DNA of 59,500 nucleotides from Halobacteriota archaeon (GTDB taxonomy: Archaea; Halobacteriota; Bog-38; Methanoflorentales; Methanoflorentaceae), in the NCBI GenBank assembly GCA_050011655.1, contig JBEKIR010000003.1, positions 1-59,500 on the forward strand. Reading direction: 5' to 3'. The notes beneath the pieces were generated by a model that was given only the letters and a program-made list of their open reading frames with translations, did not search any database and was not told the origin of the DNA. Positions 19,549 to 30,017 of this stretch are shown one piece after another. The position numbers and the translations under genes were made by a program. Numbering within the stretch: position 1 is the first letter of the stretch; every line of letters starts with the position of its first letter.

Positions 19549-20133
19549 TCATGTGTTGCTATTATTTAAAAATCTGGCTGCAGCGTATGCTACGATTATG
19601 AAGACTGGTGTAAGCAGGAAAGTGAAAATGGCGATCTGCGTGATGTCGCTTGCCGGTATGGGTGGATGAGTGCCCAAAAAATAATCCGCGAAATCGTTTG
19701 CAAAAAACCATATGAGCGCAACGGCGATGAACCTCTGCTGCAACTGACGAATTAACATCAGCGGCAGAATAAACTCGGCAGCCATCGCGACATGCAATAG
19801 AACCAGCACTGAGTAAAAACTGCTGTCGACTGAAAAATAAAACGCAGTGAACGCTAAGACGACGAATACGGTCCACGTGCCGTATTTTGCCAATCCGATT
19901 GCAGTGATGAAATTGACAATATCGGAACTGCGCCTCGTGCTCACGTAAACGGCTAGGACGGCCGCGGCGAGCATCGTGTACAGAGGGCAATCGGGGATGA
20001 ATATCCAGTAGACGGGGCTCGAAGAAACCAGCTGATCCCAATAGTAGTAGAAACCGACTAACGTTCCCGCGACGTTGATAAGTATGATCGCAACCAACAG
20101 TGGCGTGTTTTCCAAGATATCGCGGAGTTTCAC
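19549..20133 (-). CDS. DUF1405 family membrane protein
   Basis: N..GT..G..YY..QL, F.PDCP, KYG.W, H..M, NDF.DY..G.HP. Confidence 0.85.
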   Translation of the reverse strand: MKLRDILENTPLLVAIILINVAGTLVGFYYYWDQLVSSSPVYWIFIPDCPLYTMLAAAVLAVYVSTRRSSDIVNFITAIGLAKYGTWTVFVVLAFTAFYFSVDSSFYSVLVLLHVAMAAEFILPLMLIRQLQQRFIAVALIWFFANDFADYFLGTHPPIPASDITQIAIFTFLLTPVFIIVAYAAARFLNNSNT

Positions 20134-20618
20134 GTCGTGTATTCACTCCTGATCTCTCGAGCGGGCACCCCGCCGACAAGAGCGTCGCTGGTGATATCTC
20201 GATTAACAAGAGAGCAGGCAGAAATCGTAGCTCCGCTTCCGATGACGACGCCTGCTAAGACCGTCGAGTTTGCTCCTATCAGAACATTTTTACCGATTTC
20301 GATCGGGCCTTTTTTCCATTTGCTTATCAGGAATTCGTGACAAAGCAGGGTCGACCCATATCCGATGACGGAGTTGTCGCCAATTTCTATAAGTTCAGGA
20401 AAAAAGATGTCAAAAGTGACTTCCAAACCGACAGAAACGTTCTGGCCGACTTTGATCCCAATTGAACGATATAGCGCGTTTTTTGTTTTCAGTGAAGGCA
20501 ACAAACCGCATATACGTACAACGAGGTAGTTTAAAGCCACTCGGAGTGGGTTTTTGACTTTGGACCATTCCCACATTGAGTTACGTTCGTGAGCCGCATA
20601 CTCTGTTAATCGACGCAC
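20130..20618 (-). CDS. Hexapeptide-repeat acyltransferase (YvoF-like)
   Basis: D.FFPELI.IG.N..IGY....L.HE, LbH repeats, GGVPA. Confidence 0.88.
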   Translation of the reverse strand: MRRLTEYAAHERNSMWEWSKVKNPLRVALNYLVVRICGLLPSLKTKNALYRSIGIKVGQNVSVGLEVTFDIFFPELIEIGDNSVIGYGSTLLCHEFLISKWKKGPIEIGKNVLIGANSTVLAGVVIGSGATISACSLVNRDITSDALVGGVPAREIRSEYTT

Positions 20619-20746
20619 GTAGTATTCAACGCGTACCTCTCGATTTATAGTTTTACCAAAACATTTAATTTCAATGCGGAGAGGATTCTGAGTGTAATTT
20701 TGGTGCCATTTAACCAGTAAACTAAATTGGAAAACGGAGGCCTATC

Positions 20747-22054
20747 ATGTTTGGATCTTCCGGAATTCGTGGAGTGGCCAACAGGAGGCTGACCTCAGAA
20801 TTGGCGCTCAGTGTTGGGCTCGCCGTCGGATCTCGATGTAAATCTGCCGTTATAGGTAGAGATCCTCGGATCGCAAGCGAGATGATTGAATATGCGCTTA
20901 TCTCAGGGCTCACCGCCTGTGGGTGTGACGTCACCCGAATCGGCCTCGTCTCAACGCCGACTCTTTCTCACGCAGCCCGCAACTATGAGTGCGGTGTTAT
21001 GGTTACCGCTTCACATAACCCTGCTGAATACGTTGGCATCAAATTGTGGAACCCAGATGGCACCTCATTCAATAGCGAGCAGCAGGAAGATATCGAGTCA
21101 TTGATCACCGAAGAAAAATCGCTCCCGGCGTACAGAGGTAAGCGGGCCGGCTGGGACGCTATTGGGAAAATTGCGTCCTACAGCAATGCCATCAATGACC
21201 ATAAGAAGGATATCCTTAATCATTTCACCGATGTAAGCTGTCGCGTGGTTGTCGATTGCGGCTCAGGCGCAGGGGCGACCATCACACCATATGTGCTTAG
21301 AGAGATGGGATGCGATGTCATTACACTGAATGCGCAGCCCGATGGATTTTTCCCAGCAAGAGATCCAGAGCCTATAGAAAGCAACTTGAACCTCCTGATT
21401 GAAGCTGTGCGAAGCTTCCGCGCCGATATCGGTATAGCCCACGACGGTGACGCTGATCGTATGATGGCAGTAGACCGAGGTGGCAGGTATATAGCTGGTG
21501 ATGAAATGCTCGCGTTGTTCGGTGTGAACGAGGCAAAAAAGATTGCAGTGTATCCTGTCGACGTTTCGCAGATGGTTGATGACGTCCTAACCTGCGCGAT
21601 TCATCGAACACGCGTAGGCGACGTGTACGTCGCGGAAGAAGTCAAACGTGCAGGGGCGGACTTCGGTGGCGAAAGTAGTGGTAGCTGGATTTTTCCCCAC
21701 ATTTCCTATACTCCGGACGGCATCTATGCAGCGGCACTGATCGTATCAATTGCTAGTCAGCAATCGATCTCCGACGTGATTGCACAGTTTCCCAAGTATC
21801 ACATTTTGCGAGGGTCAGTTGCTTACAGCAGTGAAAACGATCCAATAGCTGCGATTACTCAAGAATTGCGTTCTCTCGACTATGTTGAGATGACGACCGT
21901 TGACGGCGTAAGGCTTGATTTTGAAGACGGTTGGATACTAGTGAGAAGATCAGGAACAGAACCAAAGATAAGAATTACTGCGGAGGCAAGAGACGCAGCG
22001 ATGACAAAAAGGCTTTATGAAAAAGCGTCGGCAATAGTGAAGAGGTACATCTAA
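20747..22054 (+). CDS. glmM: Phosphoglucosamine mutase
   Basis: FGSSGIRG, TASHNP, DGDADR, GGE.SG, R.SGTEP. Confidence 0.92.
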   Translation: MFGSSGIRGVANRRLTSELALSVGLAVGSRCKSAVIGRDPRIASEMIEYALISGLTACGCDVTRIGLVSTPTLSHAARNYECGVMVTASHNPAEYVGIKLWNPDGTSFNSEQQEDIESLITEEKSLPAYRGKRAGWDAIGKIASYSNAINDHKKDILNHFTDVSCRVVVDCGSGAGATITPYVLREMGCDVITLNAQPDGFFPARDPEPIESNLNLLIEAVRSFRADIGIAHDGDADRMMAVDRGGRYIAGDEMLALFGVNEAKKIAVYPVDVSQMVDDVLTCAIHRTRVGDVYVAEEVKRAGADFGGESSGSWIFPHISYTPDGIYAAALIVSIASQQSISDVIAQFPKYHILRGSVAYSSENDPIAAITQELRSLDYVEMTTVDGVRLDFEDGWILVRRSGTEPKIRITAEARDAAMTKRLYEKASAIVKRYI

Positions 22055-23286
22055 TGTTAGCGGTCGTACTTGGTGCCGGCGAAGGCACACGGATGCGCCC
22101 ACTGACCTATAACCAGCCCAAAGTCATGCTCCCGGTGCTGGGCACGCCCATACTCGAACGCATAGTTAGCTCATGTGTCGAAGCAGGCATTTTGCGCGTA
22201 ATAATCGTAACCGGTTACCTCGAGGAAGCTATTCGCTCACACTTCGATAAAGCGGACCTCGGAGCCCAGATTGAGTACGTCAGACAAGAACAGCAATGCG
22301 GGACGGCCGATGCAATTAACCAAGTTAGGGATCTCGTGGATGAGCGCTTTCTCGCGCTCAATGGCGATAGCTTGGTAAGCTCACTCACGTTGAAGCTCCT
22401 CGCACAGACAGCGCCAGACCGAGTAGTCCACATCGCGGCGAAGAGAGTGAAAGAACCGAGCAACTACGGCATACTTGAAGTCATTGACGACGCTGTGGTT
22501 CGAATAACGGAAAAACCCGATGAGCCCCGCTCGGATTTGGCAAACCTCGGTATTTACGCCTTTGAGCCGGAAATCTTCGAATATATAGCTGAGACGCGGA
22601 AGTCGGCAAGGGGCGAGTACGAGATCACTGACGCTATACAATTGCTGATCGATCAGGGCTACCGCGTTGGGTTCACGAAGGTTGAGGAGCCGTGGATCGA
22701 CATAGGAAGGCCCTGGGACTTGTTGAGCGCAAATGAGCTTCTGATGCAGACGCTCGAGAGCGCGAACGAAGGGGTCGTCGAGCCTCTTACGACCTTAAAA
22801 GGTGTTGTGCGAATCGGGCGTGGCTCGGTTGTAAAAAATGGCGCGTACATTACCGGGCCGGTCATAATCGGCAAAGGATGTGAAATCGGGCCCAACTGCC
22901 TCTTACGCGCAGGTGCCTGCATAGGGAATCGAGTCAAGATCGGCAACGCCGTCGAAGTGAAAAACTCAATCATAATGGATGAAAGCAAAATCGGACACTT
23001 GTCGTACGTCGGGGACAGCATCATCGGCATGCGTTGTAATTTCGGTGCCGGTACTACAGTCGCCAATCTGCGCTTTGATGAGAAGCGTATTAAACTCGGT
23101 GGCGCGGACACCGGTAGGCGGAAACTTGGTGTCATCATGGGTGACGACGTGCGCACAGGCATCAACAGCATGATAAACGTCGGCACGTCGATTGGTCCCG
23201 GATCGACGCTCGGCGTGGGTGCAGTAGCTGCCGGAGTTTATCCTCCAGGCTCGAGAATCGAATCGAAATCTGCGACGCTGCAATGA
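22054..23286 (+). CDS. glmU: Bifunctional sugar-1-phosphate nucleotidylyltransferase/acetyltransferase (archaeal GlmU)
   Basis: GAGEGTRMRPLT...PK, EKP, RGEYEITD, HLSYVGDS, ANLRFD, GRRKLG. Confidence 0.92.
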   Translation: MLAVVLGAGEGTRMRPLTYNQPKVMLPVLGTPILERIVSSCVEAGILRVIIVTGYLEEAIRSHFDKADLGAQIEYVRQEQQCGTADAINQVRDLVDERFLALNGDSLVSSLTLKLLAQTAPDRVVHIAAKRVKEPSNYGILEVIDDAVVRITEKPDEPRSDLANLGIYAFEPEIFEYIAETRKSARGEYEITDAIQLLIDQGYRVGFTKVEEPWIDIGRPWDLLSANELLMQTLESANEGVVEPLTTLKGVVRIGRGSVVKNGAYITGPVIIGKGCEIGPNCLLRAGACIGNRVKIGNAVEVKNSIIMDESKIGHLSYVGDSIIGMRCNFGAGTTVANLRFDEKRIKLGGADTGRRKLGVIMGDDVRTGINSMINVGTSIGPGSTLGVGAVAAGVYPPGSRIESKSATLQ

Positions 23287-23356
23287 AGCGGATCGCTTGA
23301 TTTTAGATGATAAGCTATTTAGGCGATGGTGCTCGTAAGCTCAGAGGAGACGAGAC

Positions 23357-24661
23357 ATGCGTATTGCGGTTTTTATTGGGACGCGAGCGGAGCTAATAGG
23401 AATGGCCTCTTTCCTCAAGGAGGTCGACAAGAACCCCGATACGGAACTCGTTTTCACCCATACTGGGCAACATTTTGACCGCGAAATGTATGAGAACTTG
23501 CTTAGAGATTTGGGTCTTCGAGACCCTGATTATGGCCTGTCGCTTGGCAACATGAGCTATAATAAGCAGATCTCCGGCATGATCAATCAGATCGATGATA
23601 TATTGGAGACAGCGCGGCCTGACTTTGTGTTTGTTCAAGGCAACGTAATCTCATCTTTTAGCGCAGCCATTGCATCGTCGATGAATTTTATTCCGGTCGG
23701 CCACATCGAATCGGGCTATCGGTCGTTGCGGGACTTGCACAGCGATGTAAGAAGGAAAGTCATCGAAATGTGCTCGACGCTGTTTTTTCCTGTGTGCAGT
23801 ACGGCCCACCTAAACCTGCTTGAAGAGTGCTACGATCCTGATTGCGTCCACTACTTAGGTGATCCTCTCGTCGACGCGCTTTTGGACTACAAGCCGACGG
23901 CGCAAAAAGCGGATTCTATCGATGCGCTTTGTGAAGACGACCGACCGATTGTGGCAGTAGCGGTTAGGCTGCCGTGGAACATAGGAAGCCCTGAGGCGCT
24001 CGGCAGAATCACGAAAGCGGCGACTAGTCTCGATGAATACAACGTTGTCATGCTCTTGCACCCAAATACTAGGAGACATCTCGTCAAATTCGGCCTAATG
24101 GAAAAATTGCAATCGTGCGAGAATGTCCACCTTATCGATCCATTAGCCTACACTGGTTTCATAAAACTGATGATGGACTCTCATGTGTTAGTCACCGATT
24201 CCGGGGGCCCTCAGAAAGAAAGCGCCATTTTGGAAACGCCGTGCATCACGCTGTCCGATAGCACCTATTACATTGAGACCGTTGAAAATGGGTGGAATAG
24301 GTTACTAGGCAACAGCCCGCACCCGGATGTCTTGACTGAAGCCGTAAGGGCTACGGCGCAGGGAAAGAAAATAAGCGACCCCCTTAACGACGGCAAATCA
24401 TCGCAGCGAATAATCTCCAAAGTCGTTCAGCTGTTCGAAGAAGGGCGTCTCACGATCTCTCCGCAAGTGTCAAAAACGAGCTTCTATGCTCACCTAACAG
24501 TTTTTTCGGAAGGGTTCATGGGCATGCGAACACGCGCCACCTCTCACGCTGGCGGGACGATTCAAGCGATGTTTGACCAAACAGGGGAAATAACGTTCGA
24601 TCCGGCGCAAGCTCAGATTGTCCGTACTTTCGGGCCAGTACGAAACACAAAAGAAACCTGA
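23357..24661 (+). CDS. UDP-N-acetylglucosamine 2-epimerase-like protein (WecB family), divergent active site
   Basis: GTRAE, HTGQH, HIESG.RS, TDSGG.Q.E, PCITL; several canonical residues altered. Confidence 0.8.
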   Translation: MRIAVFIGTRAELIGMASFLKEVDKNPDTELVFTHTGQHFDREMYENLLRDLGLRDPDYGLSLGNMSYNKQISGMINQIDDILETARPDFVFVQGNVISSFSAAIASSMNFIPVGHIESGYRSLRDLHSDVRRKVIEMCSTLFFPVCSTAHLNLLEECYDPDCVHYLGDPLVDALLDYKPTAQKADSIDALCEDDRPIVAVAVRLPWNIGSPEALGRITKAATSLDEYNVVMLLHPNTRRHLVKFGLMEKLQSCENVHLIDPLAYTGFIKLMMDSHVLVTDSGGPQKESAILETPCITLSDSTYYIETVENGWNRLLGNSPHPDVLTEAVRATAQGKKISDPLNDGKSSQRIISKVVQLFEEGRLTISPQVSKTSFYAHLTVFSEGFMGMRTRATSHAGGTIQAMFDQTGEITFDPAQAQIVRTFGPVRNTKET

Positions 24662-24676
24662 AGAGTAAGGCTATGG

Positions 24677-25678
24677 ATGATTGACAGCTATACCTTCTTT
24701 TTGCTTGTAGTCTCGGTTCTGCTTTCATTTGTAGTCACGTTTGTTGTGACGCCGCCGCTTATCAAGAGAATGAAATCTGCCGGGGTGTTTGGCGTTGACG
24801 TTCACAAAGTGGAAAAGCCTGAGATCTCTGAGATGGGTGGCTTTGCTATCTACGCAGGGTTCGCCACGTCCGTGATCTTCGCAGCTTTTTTGGGGCTCAA
24901 TTTAATGGTAATATTGTGTTCACTGCTTGTGGTAACCATATCAGCTATGGTAGGGGCCTTAGATGACGTGATGCACCTTGGCGCCAAAGAAAAGCCGCTC
25001 CTCGGCTATTTCGCTGGCATTGCGCTCATATTGACTGCGGGGAGCGACCCCTATCTTCTCGTGCCTTTGTTAGGTACGTTTTGGCTTGGACTCGCGTGGA
25101 TCCCTATTGTGCCTTTTGCCGTCACAGCTGGGGCCAATGCAGTTAACACCTTTGCTGGATTCAATGGGATGGAGATAGGTTGCGGTGCCATAGTGACGTT
25201 TGCATTAATAATCGTTGGAATGGTGCTGATATCGCCGACGGGAGGCGTCGCGGGACTTTTGATATTGGCGGCGCTATTGGGGGCACTCCTTGGGTTTTTT
25301 CCGTATAATAGGTATCCTGCCCGCATATTTACGGGCGATATAGGAACGCTCTGCATCGGTAGCGCTATCGCCGTTGGCGCTATAGCGCTAAAAATCGAAT
25401 TATTTGCGGTCATCGCGGCTTTGCCTTATATCGTCAACTATGGCATGGTATTGCTCTCTGTTGGAAAGGTAACCGAGAGCCACTTGTTTACGGCCACGCA
25501 GGTAACGAATGAAGGGTACTTAATCCCCTCAAAGTCATATTCCGTTCGAAAGAACTTGTCCGATTACATCTTGAGCAGGACATCAATGAAAGAACAGGGA
25601 CTAGTGAAAACGCTTTGGACTTTGTGCATAATATCCGGCGCAGTAAGCATTTTGTTAGCGGTCTTGTCGGCTCGTTGA
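24677..25678 (+). CDS. MraY/GPT-family polyprenyl-phosphate GlcNAc-1-phosphate transferase (AglH-like)
   Basis: G.D.HK, E.GG, GALDD, NAVN..AG.NG.E, N.YPARIF.GD.G. Confidence 0.9.
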   Translation: MIDSYTFFLLVVSVLLSFVVTFVVTPPLIKRMKSAGVFGVDVHKVEKPEISEMGGFAIYAGFATSVIFAAFLGLNLMVILCSLLVVTISAMVGALDDVMHLGAKEKPLLGYFAGIALILTAGSDPYLLVPLLGTFWLGLAWIPIVPFAVTAGANAVNTFAGFNGMEIGCGAIVTFALIIVGMVLISPTGGVAGLLILAALLGALLGFFPYNRYPARIFTGDIGTLCIGSAIAVGAIALKIELFAVIAALPYIVNYGMVLLSVGKVTESHLFTATQVTNEGYLIPSKSYSVRKNLSDYILSRTSMKEQGLVKTLWTLCIISGAVSILLAVLSAR

Positions 25679-25852
25679 GGCGTATCGTTCGTGGCGACAG
25701 ACCCGAAAAACGGCTAGAGCTGCCGGCGACGGTGCGCAAAGGCCAACAACCTTGTCTGGCCGCAAGGATGCGGTCGTCTGTGGCCGCCTGATCACGAGAC
25801 TCACGGAATTGGCTGTGGAAGCAGCTAGTTTGTCTAATCTAAGCTGCCGGCT

Positions 25853-28168
25853 TTACACCAGCTGTTGTGAATTGATGCTAACTGCGTCTATCGGAGATAT
25901 GTATTTCGCATCAAGAGTTCCGTTGGATGGGGGATCCATCCACAGACTTACATACAGGGTGCTTGTTGACCCCAGAGTGGGTAGAAAGTGTAACGGGCTA
26001 GAGCTGCCGCTTGTTGTAAAATCGATCGGCACTGCCTTAGTCTCTCCGACATTTAACGTCACCGGCTTGTACTGGTCTTGCCAAGCGATGTGCAAGCTCA
26101 TCGGATCGCTGGCGTAATTCGTTACATAAACAACTACTGAGTCGCCGTTCACTTCGACGTTGCTGATCGACGCGTATTGTGTCGGCGTCTGGGCGAGCGC
26201 GTTTTGGTTCATTTGGTAAATCACTACACCGTTAAACTGCTGTACTGCTGTCATAACCGTGGGATCTGGAACGAAGTTCGCTAATGGAAATCCCCAGACG
26301 CTGTTCGAGTAATTTGCTTTGACCGGATCATAAACGAAGTAGTCTATACCCATCTTTTTTGCGATGAGTAGCTTTGTGGCGGAATCTGTGGAACCGTTCA
26401 TGAAATTGGAGAGGTCTGTAAGCTGCGACAACTGATGGGTGACAACGTAGGAGTTTTCGGAGTCGGTTGATATCGCAGCTCGGGCATTGGTGAAAGTGCT
26501 TATGTATTGCATGAAAGTCGGATCTGACAATACTGTGTCATTGGATGTTGTGCGCTGGTTAAGCCATTTCAGTGCGCTCGTTTCGCCATCGGTGAGTTTT
26601 GGTTGCTCTGCGTTTACGGCAAGGGCGCTGGCTGCGGCAATATGAAATACAGGTGATAACACGGAAATAACCACAAAAGCGATGATAAGCAACGAGCGCA
26701 TTGCCCGATTGTCTCGCCTCCGTCGCAAGCCTTGAACGCGCGGGTGCGGTTCATATGCGAGCCGAAAAACAAGAATTGCAGCGAGTATTGAAAGCGGGAG
26801 CACGAGATAGAGTATCGACTGCACCCCTCCTTGATTTAGTAGAACGTGCGGTACGACGCGTTGAACAAGATAGGGCATGTGCGGGACCGCTACTCCCAAA
26901 ACACCGATTAGCGCGGGTACCAATGCCACGAGGAGCCAGCTTGAAACAAGCATGTTTCGCAGGTTTGTCTCCGCTCGGTCCCAGAGGGTTGTTTTGTAAA
27001 CCAGAATACTCAGAATCGGGATGAGGCCAAGACTTGAAACCATGAAAGCTATCGAGAACGCCGTTTGAGCCGAAAACACAAGGGAAACCGCAATTACTCC
27101 GGCCATCGCGACTAAAACCAAAATTATGATCAAATTAAGGGCATTTTTTGTCGCGTGGCCAATTACGGCGAACAGTCTGTCACGGCGTCTGTACGGTGAC
27201 CTTTGATCGGTGCTCCCGCTAAAAAGCACGCCGACGGCTGCGAGCCCCAGCATGCCTGCCGACACTGTCAAGATCTGTGGAATGCTCCACGGTAGAGTTT
27301 GGTAGTGGAGATACATGGACAGCCACCAAGGAGCGCTAATTATGACTGGTAGCAGGATCATTGCACTTATCTGCTTCAAATGCATCCGAGTGCCAAGATT
27401 AATCAGCACGTAGAGTGCGATGAAGATGATGAAAATGTAATAAAACGTCGTGGTAGAAAGCCTGTGCGTAAAAATAAGCGTTGTCACGGTAAGAGCGCCT
27501 AGAAATGTATATTTTGATGTCAGGATAGATTTACCTGCATCGTCCTTGATTGCCGTGTAGAGGTAGTAGGTCGCAAGCATCATCAGTATCAGCCCGAAGC
27601 TTGACGCAACGATGTATTGCGGCCCCAAAATTGCCGGGTTTGAGCTAAACGTTGCCGAAAAAAACGATGCCATGGCGGCTATTCGCGTGTCGCCTGTGAT
27701 CTTCTTTACTACGACAAAAGTGGTGAGAATGAAGGCTACCAGTATGAACGCGGAAAACCCCTGCAGCAGAGTGAGCAGATCATTGTTCATGCTAATATTC
27801 ACTCCACCGAGTAAAGCGACTGCGCTAAATATGATTGGGAGGCCAGGCGGGTTAATGTTATACCAGACGTCACCAGGGGCGGCGTTCGGATCATTTGGGT
27901 TTAACACGCCGGTTTGTTGAACGTTTTTTGCTAAAGCGATGTTCGTCGAGGTGTCGTGATCAATCAAACCGGAGCCGTAGTTCCAGTATCCAACGGACCC
28001 TATGGTGATAAGCAGCAGTGCGAGGGTCGTGAGCAAGATGCCCACTGACACTTTCTTGCCCAGCTCTCTCGAACGCGTGCTCTCAACCTTGTGACTGTGC
28101 TGCGCCGATGGCGGCTGAGGTGATCCTAATCTAGAATACCCTTGCTTTTGCTCGTATCGCTCTCGCAT
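25853..28168 (-). CDS. Large polytopic membrane protein, probable GT-C-fold glycosyltransferase
   Basis: About 13 hydrophobic segments; loop-1 DHD, PPG motif, TH..ST; extracellular ALKWL...T...D.VLS domain. Confidence 0.6.
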   Translation of the reverse strand: MRERYEQKQGYSRLGSPQPPSAQHSHKVESTRSRELGKKVSVGILLTTLALLLITIGSVGYWNYGSGLIDHDTSTNIALAKNVQQTGVLNPNDPNAAPGDVWYNINPPGLPIIFSAVALLGGVNISMNNDLLTLLQGFSAFILVAFILTTFVVVKKITGDTRIAAMASFFSATFSSNPAILGPQYIVASSFGLILMMLATYYLYTAIKDDAGKSILTSKYTFLGALTVTTLIFTHRLSTTTFYYIFIIFIALYVLINLGTRMHLKQISAMILLPVIISAPWWLSMYLHYQTLPWSIPQILTVSAGMLGLAAVGVLFSGSTDQRSPYRRRDRLFAVIGHATKNALNLIIILVLVAMAGVIAVSLVFSAQTAFSIAFMVSSLGLIPILSILVYKTTLWDRAETNLRNMLVSSWLLVALVPALIGVLGVAVPHMPYLVQRVVPHVLLNQGGVQSILYLVLPLSILAAILVFRLAYEPHPRVQGLRRRRDNRAMRSLLIIAFVVISVLSPVFHIAAASALAVNAEQPKLTDGETSALKWLNQRTTSNDTVLSDPTFMQYISTFTNARAAISTDSENSYVVTHQLSQLTDLSNFMNGSTDSATKLLIAKKMGIDYFVYDPVKANYSNSVWGFPLANFVPDPTVMTAVQQFNGVVIYQMNQNALAQTPTQYASISNVEVNGDSVVVYVTNYASDPMSLHIAWQDQYKPVTLNVGETKAVPIDFTTSGSSSPLHFLPTLGSTSTLYVSLWMDPPSNGTLDAKYISPIDAVSINSQQLV

Positions 28169-28309
28169 TAGACGTGGACTACCTCAAACCGTATAATAAT
28201 AAACCCTGTTTATAGAATCGCTATGCCCCCATCACTTATAGTTTTTGGTCTCCGTTTCCTATCACGCAAAGCTTGAACGAGCTTAGAAGACGGCACCGCA
28301 GGAGATCTC

Positions 28310-28800
28310 AGCGGAGACCATTCCGGTAGACATTGCGAGCATTCAGCTTAGGATAGGTGCAAGCGTTACCATTGTCGAAGCAATGCAACTGTGGCGAAAA
28401 CCACTCCCAGCTAACAATTTTTTGCGCCCTCACACGCAGTGACCAATTTGCCCCCCGATTTGTTATAAACAAACAGCCCTCAACAGGCCTCGAGCGCAAG
28501 CAACAATAGCCGAATCTCTTCAACCCTACAAATGCACAAGAAGACAACGCCACTTACGTAAGATAGCAAAAACCAGGCCAAACATATTGGAACGCCGAAG
28601 TAAGCTAGATATCTCCCAACCCGGGGTCGCAAACCTCAGTCAAGAGAGCAAAAGCGAGGGTAAAATGCCATAGAAAGGCCGGTTACGAGCGGCACAATCA
28701 GGAAAATACTTGACCGATAGTGTGCGCCAAATACCCCGACGGCGTAACCGACGCAAGTCACGCGATAGTGTTGGCCATTGTGGGTCAAACAATTCAGGCC
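28310..28800 (-). pseudogene. Possible degraded membrane protein remnant (Wzy-like?)
   Basis: Hydrophobic fragments across frames, including ATPGLGDI*..YFGVPICLAWFLLSYV. Confidence 0.25.
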
Positions 28801-28859
28801 GCTCTTGTTAAATATACTTTTGTTGGCCCATCTAAAAGATTATTAACGTTTACTCTGCT

Positions 28860-30017
28860 ATGATCAATCGGATGCCTCAAGAAAGGTGTAGAATCCTGTT
28901 TGTAACTTCGTTCGATGTTCGACTGATTGATAGCGTGAAAACAGACGGAAGCACAATTCGTCTGCTCAAAGATTTCTTGCTGAGATACGAGGATCTGTGC
29001 GATCTATTCTTGTTTACAGGGGACACAAGCAAATTTGATTTGGCCCCCGCCATTGAGCACATTCCGTGTGCCTTGTTCAAGAAATTCGGTCTTTGGCACT
29101 TTTCATATGCCGCCGTAAGCACATTCAGAATCGCCAGGCGATTGAAAGGAAATGCGCTGGTCCGGGGCATTTCTGCTGCGTGTCCGGGAGCAATAGTCGC
29201 AGCAAAAGCAAAAAAGAAGCCTTCACTCGTTTTTTATGAATACAATTGGGCGGATCAAGTCACGCACGTGAACAAAGGCAGAATTCTTGGAACAGTTGCA
29301 AGACTTATCGAGAACTATGTCATAAGAAACGCCGATGTTTTGGTCACGCGAAACCAATCTCTTGAGACGGAGCTTCGCGACAGAGGCGCTAAGAGGGTGG
29401 AGATCATACCCTTGACGTTCGATGAAGACATTTTTAAACCCGGAATTGATGTCACTGAGCTCAAAAAGACTTACAGCGTCCGAGATGAAAAGATACTCAT
29501 GTATATTGGAAGATTGCATGCAGTCAAACGGCTTGACCTCCTTCTAAAGGCAGCCGCACAGCTTACTGAGAACTTCAAGCTGTTTATAGTCGGTTCGGGA
29601 GCTCTGGAAAATGAGCTCAAGGACACGACAAAGTCCCTTGGTATTGTGGACAAAGTGATTTTCACAGGCGCAGTGCAATATTCCGATGTGCCGAAATTCA
29701 TGAATATGGCAGACTTGATCGTGATGACGAGTTCAACGGAAGGGCAGCCGAGGGTTCTGATAGAGGCAATGTCTTGCGGGACGCCGGCAGTTGGAACGAA
29801 CGTATTCGGAATTAGAGATACTGTAGATGACGGGGTCACTGGGTATCTCGCCTCTGACGATCCTGATGACATCGCAAGAAAAATCTCAGAAGCTTTGGCA
29901 AACGATACGTTTCCACAAATGTGCAGGTCAGTCGCACTTGAGAAATACTCGAACGACGCCTGTGGATTGAAAGAAAAGGCGCTATGCAAAGAGCTTTTGG
30001 CTCTCGACAGCAACTAA
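28860..30017 (+). CDS. Glycosyltransferase family 4
   Basis: YIGRL..VKR, G.G, S..EGQPRVLIEAMSCG.P. Confidence 0.93.
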   Translation: MINRMPQERCRILFVTSFDVRLIDSVKTDGSTIRLLKDFLLRYEDLCDLFLFTGDTSKFDLAPAIEHIPCALFKKFGLWHFSYAAVSTFRIARRLKGNALVRGISAACPGAIVAAKAKKKPSLVFYEYNWADQVTHVNKGRILGTVARLIENYVIRNADVLVTRNQSLETELRDRGAKRVEIIPLTFDEDIFKPGIDVTELKKTYSVRDEKILMYIGRLHAVKRLDLLLKAAAQLTENFKLFIVGSGALENELKDTTKSLGIVDKVIFTGAVQYSDVPKFMNMADLIVMTSSTEGQPRVLIEAMSCGTPAVGTNVFGIRDTVDDGVTGYLASDDPDDIARKISEALANDTFPQMCRSVALEKYSNDACGLKEKALCKELLALDSN

